Shown: piece after piece, positions 31,143 to 42,009 of the stretch | Position numbering within the stretch: the first letter of the stretch is position 1 | Layout of the letters: each line of letters begins with the position of its first letter | Source of the DNA: Thecamonas trahens ATCC 50062 | Lineage: Eukaryota; Protista; Apusomonadida | Length of the DNA stretch: 64,000 nucleotides | Assembly: GCF_000142905.1 (NCBI RefSeq) | Contig: NW_013657667.1 | Coordinates: 497,052-561,051 of the forward strand | Direction of reading: 5' to 3' | Notes under the pieces: model-generated | Seen by the model: only the letters and a program-made list of their open reading frames with translations | Databases searched by the model: none | Told to the model about the DNA's origin: nothing | Translations under genes and position numbers: made by a program

Positions 31143-33974
31143 TTAGTTGAGGGCGACTTCCATGCGGAGAAGGCGGGTAGAGACGTCGCCGGGGAGCTTA
31201 AAGTCGACGAGGCCGACAAAGGCCGAGAGGAGGTGGGCGCGCTCGCGGAGGGCGTCCTTGACGGCCGGGGAGCGGGCCTGGGCGTAAAGGGCCGAGATGG
31301 CGGACATCGCGGCGACCAGGAGCTCGGGAAGGATGGCCTTGAGGGCGTCGTGGAGGCCGGCAAAGGCGGCGACGGCGGCGTTGAGGTCGGCTTGCTGGGT
31401 GGGGAACATGCCGAGAGAGTCGAGGATCTCGAGGGTCGACTCGTGGGACGACGACTGGGCGGCGTCGAGGGCGTCGGCGGCGAGAACAACTCTGTTGAAG
31501 GAGGCGACGAGGTCGGCGTCGATCGAAGCGAGCATCGAGGCCTCGACGACCTTGACGGCGTAGTGCTCGGCGAGCTCGCGGGCGGAGGCGCGGTCGCGCG
31601 AGAGTGCGCTCAGCGAGCGGGCGAGGTGACGGACGAGGAGATCAACGACCTTGGCGGCCTCGCCGGCGGCAAAGTACAGGGCGAGCGCGTCTGAGATGCG
31701 CATCTTGTTCTCGGCGAGGCCGGCGGCGGCCTTGGTGTACTCGCGAATGTCGTCGGCCGAGAGCTTGCGGATCGGCTTGAGGGCCGGGAGCAGCTCGGGG
31801 TTGTCGAGCAGGAGCTCCTTGATGTACTCGTCGCGGTTGGACGGGGCAAGGACCAAGTAGTAGTGCAGGGCGGCGCCCGGTGCAGACTTGGCGAGCGATC
31901 GGGCAGAGCGGAGGACGATGTTGTGAACAACGGGCGTGCTAATGCCGTAGTGGGTGAGCGCCAGGGCGCACGCCACCACCGCAGGGTCCGAGCCGAGCGC
32001 CGTTAGGGCGTCGTCAAAGAGCTGGACGCCGAGGAAGATCTGGAAGGTGAGGTACGGCGAGAGAGAGGCAAAGTGCCCGCTACTGGCGTATCCGGTGAAC
32101 TCACGCTGGACGTCGATGAGAGCCGGCAGGGAGTTTGCGTCGGGAGACGTGGTGGCGTCGGAAGACGTGTCGACGAGCATGAGCTTGAACCAGACGTAGT
32201 CCTGCGCCGTGGAGAGGACCTCGTCCAGTGGCTGTGCGTACTGAGCAATGACTGCACAAAGCGCCTGCTTGTAGACGTCGGGGGTGGCGCTTGCCATCTT
32301 GGCCATGCTCTTGACGTCGTCGCGGAGCGAGGGCGGAAACATCTCGCCTGTGGCACGAGTGTTGACAAAGGCCGAGACGATAGAGACGAGCCATCTGTCG
32401 CCCTTGGTCTGCGCCAGCTGGAGCAGCTCCCCATACGCGCCGCAGCGCAGGCAAAGGTAGGCGCCGGCGTAGAGCGGGTACCCGTCGACGGTCTCGAGAT
32501 TCGGCATCATGTTGCCGGCAAACTTGGTCTCGATAAAGGTCTTGATGACCGCGAGGAGGTCCGGCTCGCCGCCGACATAGGCGTCGTGCTGCTCGCCGAC
32601 GTAGGCCACAAGCAGCGAGCGGTACTGCTGCTCAAAGAAGCGCCGAGCGCCCTCGATCAGCTGCCTCTGCATGTCGACGTTCGAGCAGTAGTCCGTAAAG
32701 TAGCCCGCCGACGACGGCGCCCCCGCATGGCGCCGTCCTCGTCGAGCATGGTCTGCAGGAGCCCGAACGAGTCCGCCAGCTCGCGGTTATGCATCCTCGC
32801 CGCAGTCTCCTGTAGGGCGGCAATGACCGGGAACGGCTCCGGCTCGGTGTTGAGCGCGGCAATGACCTGTGCGTACGCCTCCATCTCTTGGGTCATCACC
32901 GTCGGCGGCCGCGGGCCAAGCGCGTGGCTAGGCAGCTGCAGCGAGCTCGAGACTGGCGTCGGCGCACCCGCCTCGGGCTGGTTGTCCTTCTCGATCTTTC
33001 CGAACGCCTGTATCAGTGCGTCCTTGGTCTTGCTCCAGTCGTTGTACATGGCCTCGCCGATCTTGTCGTCAAACGCACTCGCAGTCTCGGCCTTGGCCTC
33101 CAGCACGGCAGACACAATAATCTGCTCGTGGTTGTGTGCCAGGTATGACTCGAGATCCGTGTCTGCGAGCGCATGGCGTGGCTCAAACGCCACCCGCAGG
33201 TCCACAGACTCGAGCGCCCGCGTCAGCCGCGCTCCGTCAAAGCCCTTGGACGCCAACAGCCGCAGCCCCTGCTCCTTGCCGGTCAGGTCTCCCGACCGCG
33301 CAGCCTTGGACACCAGCTTCCGTGACTCGTCCTCCAGCTGATCCACACGGCGCAGCAGCCGTGGCAGTCCTGCAAGCAATGACCCATAACCATGACCAAT
33401 GACACGAGTGAGTGGGAGAAGGACCGGAGGGTGATCACCGCTTGATCGGTCGCGCCATCAAGCGACACGGCCTTTTGTGGGTGTGGCGAGGGGAGGGGGG
33501 GGGGGGGGGGGGAGGGGAGGGGGAAAGGAGGGGGGAGGGGGGAAGGGAGGGGGAGGGAGGGGTAGGGAGGGAAGGGTAGGNNNNNNNNNNNNNNNNNNNN
33601 NNNNNNNNNNNNNNNNNNNNNNNNNNNNNNNNNNNNNNNNNNNNNNNNNNNNNNNNNNNNNNNNNNNNNNNNNNNNNNNNGGGAGGGGGGGAAGAGGGGG
33701 GAGAGGGGGTAGAGGGAAGGTAGAAGGGGAGGGGGTGAAGGGGGTAGAAGAGGGTGGGGGGGGGGGAGGACGTACCTTGCTCGTCGAACTGGGCATTGCG
33801 CCGCTTGGCGTCGGACAGCAGCAGGCCAAAGTCCGGCTCGGTGGGGAAGCCCTTGTCAATGTCCAAGAGGCCACCCGTGAGGGTACCACCAAGTTCGTTG
33901 GCAGAGCTTGCTTCTGGCCCGGGGAGAAGCGAGGTCAACGCAGGTGCTCGCGCTGTGGACGACGACGAGAACAT
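31143..33974 (-). CDS. NUP93: Nucleoporin Nup93/Nic96 (first intron spans an N-gap; frameshift near 32722)
   Basis: LPRLLRRVDQLE, LLASKGFD, TDLESYL, GARRFFEQQY, YLCLRCG, QDYVWFKL, and a C-terminal LPGDVSTRLLRMEVALN. Confidence 0.88.
33581..33680. other. Assembly gap (N run)
   Basis: Run of 100 n flanked by purine-rich G tracts. Confidence 1.
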
Positions 33975-34044
33975 CCGGGCGGAGGAAATGAGGTGGAGCC
34001 AAGTGGTGGCAAGGTGGAGGCGGAGGCGGTGGGAAGTGGGGCGG

Positions 34045-35289
34045 TCAGCGGTGCGACTCGTGAAGGCTTCGGGGAGGCTGCTCACGAGGTTTGTCACTTT
34101 GCTGATTGAGATTCTGCTGATGGGGGGGAGGTACGGATGGGGCAGTGCGACGGTAGTGGAGGAGCCAGAGGTGGGCAAGGAGGCCGTCGTCGATGGTGAG
34201 TGGGGCCGATGGGCGCGGCCGTGCGCGGGTCCAGCGCGGGCGGGCAATGTGGAGCTCGGTGGCGAGTGGGAGAAGTCCGACATGGCGGTGTGGTGAGCTT
34301 GGCAAGGCCGCGGCGGTGCGGGCGACCGGGTGGATAGGCTTGGCGGGCGGCAGCACTGGCCGGGTGGGGAGCATGAGAAGAGAGGCGGGGAGTGACGGCA
34401 CAGGCATGGCCTGCGGAGGCTGCTGCGATCGCAGCAGCCACGGCGACGGCGACGAAGAGTGCGGCGAACGGGAGGCAACCGGGCGTGACGGGGGCGTGAA
34501 CGGGGCCGGCGAGTGTGGGTCGGACCCACCGAAACCGGTTGCTGGCGAGAACGATCGCAGCTCGTTCTCCACCTTGCGCAAGGTACGAGCCGTGGTGGCC
34601 TCCTGGGCACGGAGAAGCTCGCTGTAGACGCCCGAGTGGAGGCCGGCGAGGAAGGCACGCTTGAGACGGACAAACATCGGAAGAGGTTTGGTCGCCTTGC
34701 GTGAGCGCCGGCGCTTGGTGGCTCGGCCGGCCGAGGCCGCGGTCGGTGGGCCGGCGGCCAGGACGTCGTCAAGCGTCCGCTTGCGGCTCGGCTTGGCCTC
34801 GGCAACCGGCGACGAGCCAGTAGCCGCGGCATCAGCGCCACGGGCCACGGCCGCCACGTACTCGGCCTGGATGCTCCTGGCCAAATCGGCGTATGAGAGG
34901 GTGGCGCGGCCGGCATCGAGCTCGCCGCCCCAGACCGAGGCCAGCGCCGCCGACACCGCCCGGCCGGCCGCAGTGGTGTGGCTCCGCGCATAGTTGGCGT
35001 ACGCAGTCGCCAGTGGCGTCCTACTCTCAGCATGCGCAGCAGAAGCAAACGCGGGATCAGCAGCCTTCAGAGGCATGTCGGATGGCGGCTGACTGTGAGG
35101 CGTAGCAGACGATGAGTGGTGCGGCGGAGCGAGGCCGGCCGACTCGAGAGCACGCGAGGCAGCCTTGTGCGAGAGAGCGCGAAGGGATTCTGGAGGGTGG
35201 GCGAGCGAGCATGTGTAGCAGACAACCGCAGATGCCGAAGTGATGCGCCACGAGTAGGAGTGGGTGGCGTGGCAGGAGGAGCAGAGCAT
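34045..35289 (-). CDS. Protein with an N-terminal GATA-like zinc finger
   Basis: CSSC-x17-CYTC with a WR motif; a basic NLS-like stretch (KRRRSRK); Pro/Ser-rich tail. Confidence 0.6.
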   Translation of the reverse strand: MLCSSCHATHSYSWRITSASAVVCYTCSLAHPPESLRALSHKAASRALESAGLAPPHHSSSATPHSQPPSDMPLKAADPAFASAAHAESRTPLATAYANYARSHTTAAGRAVSAALASVWGGELDAGRATLSYADLARSIQAEYVAAVARGADAAATGSSPVAEAKPSRKRTLDDVLAAGPPTAASAGRATKRRRSRKATKPLPMFVRLKRAFLAGLHSGVYSELLRAQEATTARTLRKVENELRSFSPATGFGGSDPHSPAPFTPPSRPVASRSPHSSSPSPWLLRSQQPPQAMPVPSLPASLLMLPTRPVLPPAKPIHPVARTAAALPSSPHRHVGLLPLATELHIARPRWTRARPRPSAPLTIDDGLLAHLWLLHYRRTAPSVPPPHQQNLNQQSDKPREQPPRSLHESHR

Positions 35290-35443
35290 GGCCGGGGTGG
35301 CGGGTGGCCGGGGGAGGGGTGGGGGAGAGGTGGGCAAGCGTGCGCAACGGGGAAAGAGGGAAGAGGGAGGGGAGACGGGGAGGCAAGGAAATGGTGGGCA
35401 AGGGGTTGAGGGTGGGGAAGGCTTTACTGAGAATGGGCAGAAA

Positions 35444-36797
35444 TCAGGGGATGGACGAGTACGAGTCCTTGCGGGTGATCTTAGCGTAGGTGAAGAGGAC
35501 ACCGTCCTTGACGAGGCCAGGGAACGACTTCCAGAAGCCAAGGTTGGGGAACATCTCGACGCCACGGAGGCCCTTCATCTGGAAGTTGTAGGCCATACCG
35601 GCGCCGATGTAGACGATGGTGAGGCAGAGCATGATAATGAGGATGATGGAGCCGAGCGAAAGGCCGCCCTTCTTCTTGGCCGGCGAGGAGCCGCCCGAGG
35701 AGCCGCCCGTCGACGCGCCACAGGCAGCCTTGGCTTTGGCGGTAAACTTGTACACGCAGTTGTCGGACGACACAAAGGTGAGCTTAACGTCGGCGTCGGC
35801 GACCGACTCGTCGCAGGCGATGACGAGCTGCGCCTGGTTGTCGGCGTTGCAAGTGTTCGAGTGGGCGCCATCGCCGAGTGTGATGGTCACGGTGGAGCCC
35901 GAGGTTACCACAGTCCGGGCAGACGAGAGGCCGAGCGTCTTCATCCCGGAGCTCCACTCCTGGCAGACAGCCACGCCCGAGTCGGTGCACTTGGTCGACG
36001 AGAGCGAGCCGCACGGCGAGACCTTGTACGTAAACGTACCGTCCACAACCGAAAAGTCACCGCTGTACCCTCATCCAAAGCCGTCGCGCCAGCACGCGCA
36101 CACATGACACACACGACACGCACGCGTGCACCACCCCCCCCCCCCCCCCATCGCAGTCGTCAGTACCATTCGTCCACAGTGTGAGTTGTCGCCGACGACA
36201 CACCGTCACATGCTAGTGCTGTCCGTCGCACCGCCGGCACCATGCAAGTCGGAGCAAGCGCATGGACACATGGAGAGATAACAGAGATGGCACACATCGT
36301 AGTCTATCCCTTGCAGAACATCACTGGCAGTGGTATGGCTGGAGAAGGGGGGGAGGGGAGGGGGGGGAGGGGGAGAGGGGGGGACGCAACAGGCGGCGGC
36401 TGGCGGAGGATTCATGAAAATTGCATACGCCAGCCGGAGACACGCCCTGCCGCGGACAGGCAAGGAGGAGCGATAGCGCCCCCCCTATCAGGATAAAGAG
36501 CAAGTAGGGATGATGTAGGATGTGTGTGCATGCTCCGCCGTCAAACTATGTCTTCAAACACATTGTCTGCCCCCTGACAAGAGCAAGTGGAACGGGCAGG
36601 GTGCGGTGGAGGAATTTTTCGCATGCGCAAGCGACTGGCCGACGGGGGGTACAGGCAAAGGAAAGGCAAGGGGGGAAGGGGAGGGAGAGAGCGGGGACGT
36701 ACTTGTTGCCAAGGTTGGAGAAGCCCGAGGGGCAGTTGTCAGCAAAGGCAGTTGCCACCAGGACAGCCACTACAAGTGCCACACCGATGAACTTCAT
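35444..36797 (-). CDS. Cation-dependent mannose-6-phosphate receptor / ATG27-like type I membrane protein; exons 36797-36703 and 36062-35444
   Basis: Signal peptide, an MRH-like domain, a TM, the cytosolic G.E.FPN..FW...P.LV.DG motif and a C-terminal YSSI sorting motif. GTACGT-CAG intron. Confidence 0.85.
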
Positions 36798-37239
36798 GGC
36801 GAACGAGAGTCGAGTGGTGGAGGGGGGGGGGGGAGGGGAGGGGAGGAGGGGAGGTGGGGGGAGAGGGAGGGGGGGGGGGGCTGTCAGGGAGGGGCTCATG
36901 TCACGTGTCACGCTGAGCCCTTTATGGTACGGAATGGACAGTTTTGTCCATCGCGCCAGCCGCGCTCCGCGACGCTCCTCAGACGTCGCAACGTCCATCA
37001 ATCGCGGTAAAAGGGTAGTATGATGTGTTAATGGCTGCCACAACAGAAAACAGCCGGCGATGCAGAGATGGGACGCCGCACGCGGCGCGGAAGGTCTGCG
37101 GCCGCGATCGTTTACCATGGAGCTTCGGGCAGGCGAGGCAGTCGCGTCGCAAAGCGGCTTGCTGGGGAGAGTGGTGATGACAAGCAGCCAGCCGCTGCAG
37201 AGGGACGCTTCCGCTTGCGCGACGGCGTGGAGCTGGCGG

Positions 37240-37375
37240 TGAGGGCGTCGATGATGTCGTAGAGAAAAGCCGCGCGAGTCATGGCGGGGTGTGGGCTCGC
37301 GTCAGCGTCGAGCGCGTACGCGTTGATGAGCGCGGCGTCCAGAATCCAGTTCAAGATGGTGTGCTACCACTTGCG
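37240..37375 (-). pseudogene. Short piggyBac/PGBD transposase-like C-terminal fragment with an in-frame stop
   Basis: RKW*HTILNWILDAALINAYAL...RAAFLYDIIDAL resembles the KW..(F/W)hhD.A..NA motif of DDE_Tnp_1_7 transposases. Confidence 0.45.
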
Positions 37376-37380
37376 CGGCG

Positions 37381-40146
37381 ATGCCGACCGGCAAGCTCGT
37401 CCGTCGCAAGAAGAAGCTAGACACAGACACCTCACTTGGTACTCATCTCGCCGGTTGTGGCAAGTACGGCGAGAAGGATAGAGAGGACGGCAAAGAGCAG
37501 GGAATGGACAAGGCTGTGGGGGCAACGATTGTCTCTGACCACGACCCATCTGTCAAGAAGAAGCTTCTGGAGACCCTGGTAGCTCGGGCTGCTCGCGCCT
37601 TTGCCTCTCCTTCCACCGCCGGCGGCATTGTTCGTGCTATTGCTGCAGCTGTAGCGGACAGGCCATCGACACCATCACCAACACCATCGCCATCATCACC
37701 ATCACCATCATCACCATCGTCATCATCAGCAGCAGCATCGACGACAACGCTCCCGCCACCTGGGGCGCTACGAGAGATGGTGGAGTGCGTGGTGACGGCT
37801 GCGTGTGCAAGTGATGACGGCACTGATGCGGTTGCGGTTGCCACGATGGACGTGTGGGAGAAGCTGGTGGCCGAGCCGATGGTACCGGAGAAGCTTGTTG
37901 TCCTGGCGGTGCTCCTTGACGCGCTCGGTAGCGAGAGGATCCCGCTGGCTGTGGGCGTCGGCTGCGGCGAGACGTTGCGGAAGGCGCTGGCCACCCGCGA
38001 CGGCATCGCGGCAGTCGTCGCAGCGCCGGGTGTGCTCGATGGGCTAATTCCGCTACTGTGTGCGGTCCCTTCAGGCCTTCTTCCGCCGGCCCTCAAGGTC
38101 GACCAGCTGGCGGTCCGCCTCCTCGCCTGGCTCCCGCCCAGCCGCGGCGACCTCGCCGATGATCTCACCAGTCTGCTGGTCGGCGCTTGGGAGCCTCGCG
38201 CCATCGACCGCGGGCTCGTTGCTGTCGCTTCCGCCTTTGAGCTCGTCTCGGATCCAGCCATGCGTCCGCCGCCGTCGCTCTGGCTCGCGGCGGTCTTTAA
38301 CGTTGCACCCACATGCCTCCTGCCCAAGTTGCTGCAGCGCGAGATGCGCGCTCGCGGCGGAGAGCTCCAGGGCCGGGCATCGGTGGCGGTAGGCAGGCTT
38401 CTCGCTGCGCCGGCCCAAACGCCAACTCGCTTAGCCTGGGTCCTCGGCATCCTCCACGCGTTGCAGTCAGTCGGCGGCGGTGGTGCGCTGATGACGGCCG
38501 CCGAGACCGGCGTCAAGCCACTGGTCGAGACGCTCGTGGCAGCATTTGCGCATGGCGCGCCCAGCGCGTCCGATGCACCACGCATCCTCTCTGCCGCTCT
38601 TCCTGTCCTCCGCATTCTCCTCTGCGGCTACCAGAGCTCGGCGTCGGTCTGGCTGGCGGCCGTCCCGGGCCTCCACGCGCTCCTCACAGATATGGCGGCA
38701 TGCAAGAGTGGGTGCGATCCTGAGCTCGTTGAGAGCCTTGTCGAGCTAATCACCAGCCTAATGGCGTTCTTCCCGGGCTATCCAGTGCTTTACACCTCGC
38801 TCCGTAGTGCATGCGTGGAGGCTGCGGGCGCCGAGGCGGTGCGCGAGCCTGAGGCGACCAAGCTGGCGGCAACCATGAAGGCGCTGGCGTTTGAGGCGTC
38901 TGACAAGGAAGTGATGGCGGTGCGGGCGCGTCGGCAAGCTGCGCTCGAGTTGCAACTGGCGCAGGACACGGCCGGTGCGCCGGTGGCTTGCCCAATAGTC
39001 GGCCTGGCTAATCTCGGCAACACGTGCTACCTCAATGCGTTGGCGCAGGCGCTTGGAGCGCTCTCGGGCCTGTCCAACCTTTTGTGGCAGGTACGCCCGG
39101 CCGCACAGCGACCGCTGCAAGCGCTCGCCGATCTCTACGCGTGGACAAAATACACCGATCGGCCGGCCGTCGCGCCCAAGAGTCTCCACGCCGCACTCCC
39201 GTCGCCTTTTAATGGGCATGGGCAACATGATGCGGCCGAGCTCGCTCGGTTTCTTCTTGCATACGTCGAAGCAGCAGCGCAGGCGACGTCGCCCGAGGTC
39301 GAGCACGCCTTTCGTGAGCTCTTGGTTGGCCAGCTAACGACTACGATTGTGTGCCGCGTCTGCGGCTCGACGTCGGAGCGGACCGAGGACGCGCCGCTTG
39401 TTCCGGTCCCGCTGCCCGATGCGAGATGCGGAGGTCCGCTCGAAGCTGCGCTGGACGCCTTGTTTGAGCCAGAAGAAATGGCCGGCGAGAACGCGTACGC
39501 GTGCCGCACCTGCGGTGGTCTCGTTGCCGCCACCCGGCAGATCACCGAGTACAGACCGCCTCAGCACATGATCTTTGCGCTCTCGCGGTTCTCGTACAAC
39601 GCAAAGATGCGGACACGGACCAAGGTTCTGGCGCCGGTGTCTGTTCCGGAGGAGCTGGCGGGTGTGAGCAGTGACGAGAGCGCCGGATATCGGCTCTCTG
39701 CTGTTGTTGTGCACTCGGGCACCCGCATCGAGCACGGGCACTACTACGCGTTTGTGCGCGAGCCGGTGGGCGGGGGCTGGTACCTGGCCAACGACTCGTC
39801 GGTCACCGCCACCGACTACTACACGCTGGCGGCGCTGTCGTCCCGGTTCGCGTCGGACACGCCGTATCTGGTGGTGTACTCACGGGCGGGGGCCGATGGG
39901 GGAGGCGGCAGTGTGCCGGCGATGGAAGCGCTGCCGACGGCGCTTGCGCAAGCGATCTCGGCCGACAATGCAGCGTATGCGCGCGAGGTTAAGGCGGCGG
40001 CAGCAGCAGCAGCAGCGCACCGCAGCGGTGGGTGGGGCGACGGATGGGGTGGGAGTGACGGGTCCGGCGGGAATGACGAACCGTACCAGGGCGGCGGCTC
40101 TGGTGGCTCTGGATCCGGCTGGGGCTCACTCTCGCTCATCTCGTGA
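37381..40146 (+). CDS. Ubiquitin-specific protease, USP35/USP38-like
   Basis: Cys box GLANLGNTCYLN, QHDAAE, His box VVVHSG..HGHYYA, NDS and DTPYLVVY. Helical N-terminus with FPGYPVLY. Confidence 0.88.
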   Translation: MPTGKLVRRKKKLDTDTSLGTHLAGCGKYGEKDREDGKEQGMDKAVGATIVSDHDPSVKKKLLETLVARAARAFASPSTAGGIVRAIAAAVADRPSTPSPTPSPSSPSPSSPSSSSAAASTTTLPPPGALREMVECVVTAACASDDGTDAVAVATMDVWEKLVAEPMVPEKLVVLAVLLDALGSERIPLAVGVGCGETLRKALATRDGIAAVVAAPGVLDGLIPLLCAVPSGLLPPALKVDQLAVRLLAWLPPSRGDLADDLTSLLVGAWEPRAIDRGLVAVASAFELVSDPAMRPPPSLWLAAVFNVAPTCLLPKLLQREMRARGGELQGRASVAVGRLLAAPAQTPTRLAWVLGILHALQSVGGGGALMTAAETGVKPLVETLVAAFAHGAPSASDAPRILSAALPVLRILLCGYQSSASVWLAAVPGLHALLTDMAACKSGCDPELVESLVELITSLMAFFPGYPVLYTSLRSACVEAAGAEAVREPEATKLAATMKALAFEASDKEVMAVRARRQAALELQLAQDTAGAPVACPIVGLANLGNTCYLNALAQALGALSGLSNLLWQVRPAAQRPLQALADLYAWTKYTDRPAVAPKSLHAALPSPFNGHGQHDAAELARFLLAYVEAAAQATSPEVEHAFRELLVGQLTTTIVCRVCGSTSERTEDAPLVPVPLPDARCGGPLEAALDALFEPEEMAGENAYACRTCGGLVAATRQITEYRPPQHMIFALSRFSYNAKMRTRTKVLAPVSVPEELAGVSSDESAGYRLSAVVVHSGTRIEHGHYYAFVREPVGGGWYLANDSSVTATDYYTLAALSSRFASDTPYLVVYSRAGADGGGGSVPAMEALPTALAQAISADNAAYAREVKAAAAAAAAHRSGGWGDGWGGSDGSGGNDEPYQGGGSGGSGSGWGSLSLIS

Positions 40147-40170
40147 GTGAGGCTTTGGGGCAGGATGACT

Positions 40171-41712
40171 TTATGAAAGAGAGTACTTGGACGACGAGCG
40201 CTTGACAGTGTGTGAGGCGGCTTCGCGCGAAGCGGCAGCGCGGATGACGTCGAAAAAGTCTGCAATGTCCTGGACGTGGTTCTGGCGGAGGGCGACGCGC
40301 TCGGTGAGTGTGGCGACAAAGGCGTCGCGCGAGGCCGCGAGCGAACGCAGGGCAACCAGCTCCTCCCAGACCAGCTCGGCGGTGACAAGGCGGTTGATGA
40401 CCGACGACGAGACGACAGGCTTCTTGGTCGAGGGCCAGACGAGGCGATCGCGGAGCTCGCGACGGTAGAGGCGGGTGACCAGGTCGCGGAGCTGCTGCAG
40501 CGGGTCGACAACAAACTCGGAGGTGAGAAGCTGCATGAGCGGGCGCGAGGTGAGCGCCGAGCCAAAGACAAGCCGGCCAAGGGCGCGGACGTCGGCAAGC
40601 GCGTCGTGCGCCTTGTAGCTCGAGCCGACAATGGCCGGATACAGCTTGGTGAGCGAGAGCGAGCGAACGGCACGGAGCGTGGCCGCCTCGACCTCAAAGC
40701 CGGATGGCCGCGCCTTGACGCTGCGGAAGAGTGCGAGCGAGTCGACAGTGTGGATGTCGAGGTACGAGAAGAGCTCGAGCGGGATAAAGGCGCGTCGCAT
40801 CTCGTTGAGCAGGAGTGGAAAGTCAAAGGTGTTGCCGTTGTGTGCGACAAGGACAGGACGGACGGCGAGAGAGCGGGCGAGGTCGCTAGCGTCGTCGTCA
40901 TCGCCGATGTGGGCAATGACGGCCGCGGCACGGGTGGCCATGGCGCCGGCAAGCCACCCGATGAAGGTGTGGAAGACAGTGGCAAACGGCGGCGCGTCGG
41001 CAAGAGTCGCCGCTGTGATGCCGGTCACCTCGGTGACCTTGCGCGGAATCGGGCGCGAGGTCTTGACGTACGACACAAACTCGGCGTCAAACGTCATGGC
41101 CAACCCCGGGCGCTCCGAGTCGGCACCGAGCACCACCGCTGCCATCTGGGTGATGTGGTCGTGGACAGTGTCGAGTCCTGTTGACTCGAGATCAAAGATG
41201 ACGTACATGGGAACGACGCGGGTGGCGGCCGGGCGGACCTTTGCGCCTACGCCCGTCGCCACCAGCACCGAGGCTACGTCAAAGGCATCAAGCTCGCGCG
41301 GGCCATGGAAGCTCTCGCTCACGCTTGTCGACATCTGCAGTGGCTCCGTGGCGGTGTTTGGGTCAGAGTGGTCGAACTCGGGCGAGGTGGAGGCTGATGT
41401 TGAGGCCGAGGCCGGGGTCGAGGCCGAGGCCAGAGTGGAAGCTGAGGCCGAAGGCAAGAGTTCGGCGGGAATACTAGGTGTCCTCGATGCCGATGTCGAT
41501 GCTGGTGGAGGCAAGGATGGAAACGAGCTGCGAGTCGGTGATGGAGGTGGCGGCTGGCGAGCAGAAAGGTGAGCGGCGCGGCGACGAGCTCGGGCACGAC
41601 GATTGGCCCATAGTGAGAGGGCGACACCTGCCGACCACCCAGTGATGATGCATGTGGTAGAGAGGGCGACATAGCCCCACCAGCGAAGTCGGCTGCTGGA
41701 CGAGGACGACAT
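40171..41712 (-). CDS. DEDDh 3'-5' exonuclease (DnaQ/TREX-like) with an N-terminal hydrophobic segment
   Basis: ExoI VIFDLESTG, ExoII VAHNGNTFDF and ExoIII AHDALADV. Confidence 0.85.
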   Translation of the reverse strand: MSSSSSSRLRWWGYVALSTTCIITGWSAGVALSLWANRRARARRRAAHLSARQPPPPSPTRSSFPSLPPPASTSASRTPSIPAELLPSASASTLASASTPASASTSASTSPEFDHSDPNTATEPLQMSTSVSESFHGPRELDAFDVASVLVATGVGAKVRPAATRVVPMYVIFDLESTGLDTVHDHITQMAAVVLGADSERPGLAMTFDAEFVSYVKTSRPIPRKVTEVTGITAATLADAPPFATVFHTFIGWLAGAMATRAAAVIAHIGDDDDASDLARSLAVRPVLVAHNGNTFDFPLLLNEMRRAFIPLELFSYLDIHTVDSLALFRSVKARPSGFEVEAATLRAVRSLSLTKLYPAIVGSSYKAHDALADVRALGRLVFGSALTSRPLMQLLTSEFVVDPLQQLRDLVTRLYRRELRDRLVWPSTKKPVVSSSVINRLVTAELVWEELVALRSLAASRDAFVATLTERVALRQNHVQDIADFFDVIRAAASREAASHTVKRSSSKYSLS

Positions 41713-42009
41713 AGGGAGGGGTGTGGTGTGGTGGCGGACATGTGGCAGGTCGGCGAGTGACAGACACGGCGGGCGGGTCGAAACGAGACTCGTGATGGGA
41801 TGGGGACACACCTTTCACGCACGCAAGGCAGTGAGTGTCGACCATCCAGGCCGCCGTGGTATTGGTGGACAAGCTCTTCCAGATTGCAGATTGCGCTCAA
41901 GAAAGCGACTGGTCTGATGGATGAGACAAGGTGTTTGGAGGGGGGGGGGGGTCTCTTCATGGCGACGCACGTCTGGACAACAGGAGGTACGGCCACGGCC
42001 GCGTTCTGG

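Noticed and set aside
14772-33974. Calling the frameshifted genes (actin-like, GCP5, NELFCD, DES1, Nup93) pseudogenes
   Set aside because: Each has a single lesion, intact motifs on both sides and no accumulated stops; sequencing error is more parsimonious.
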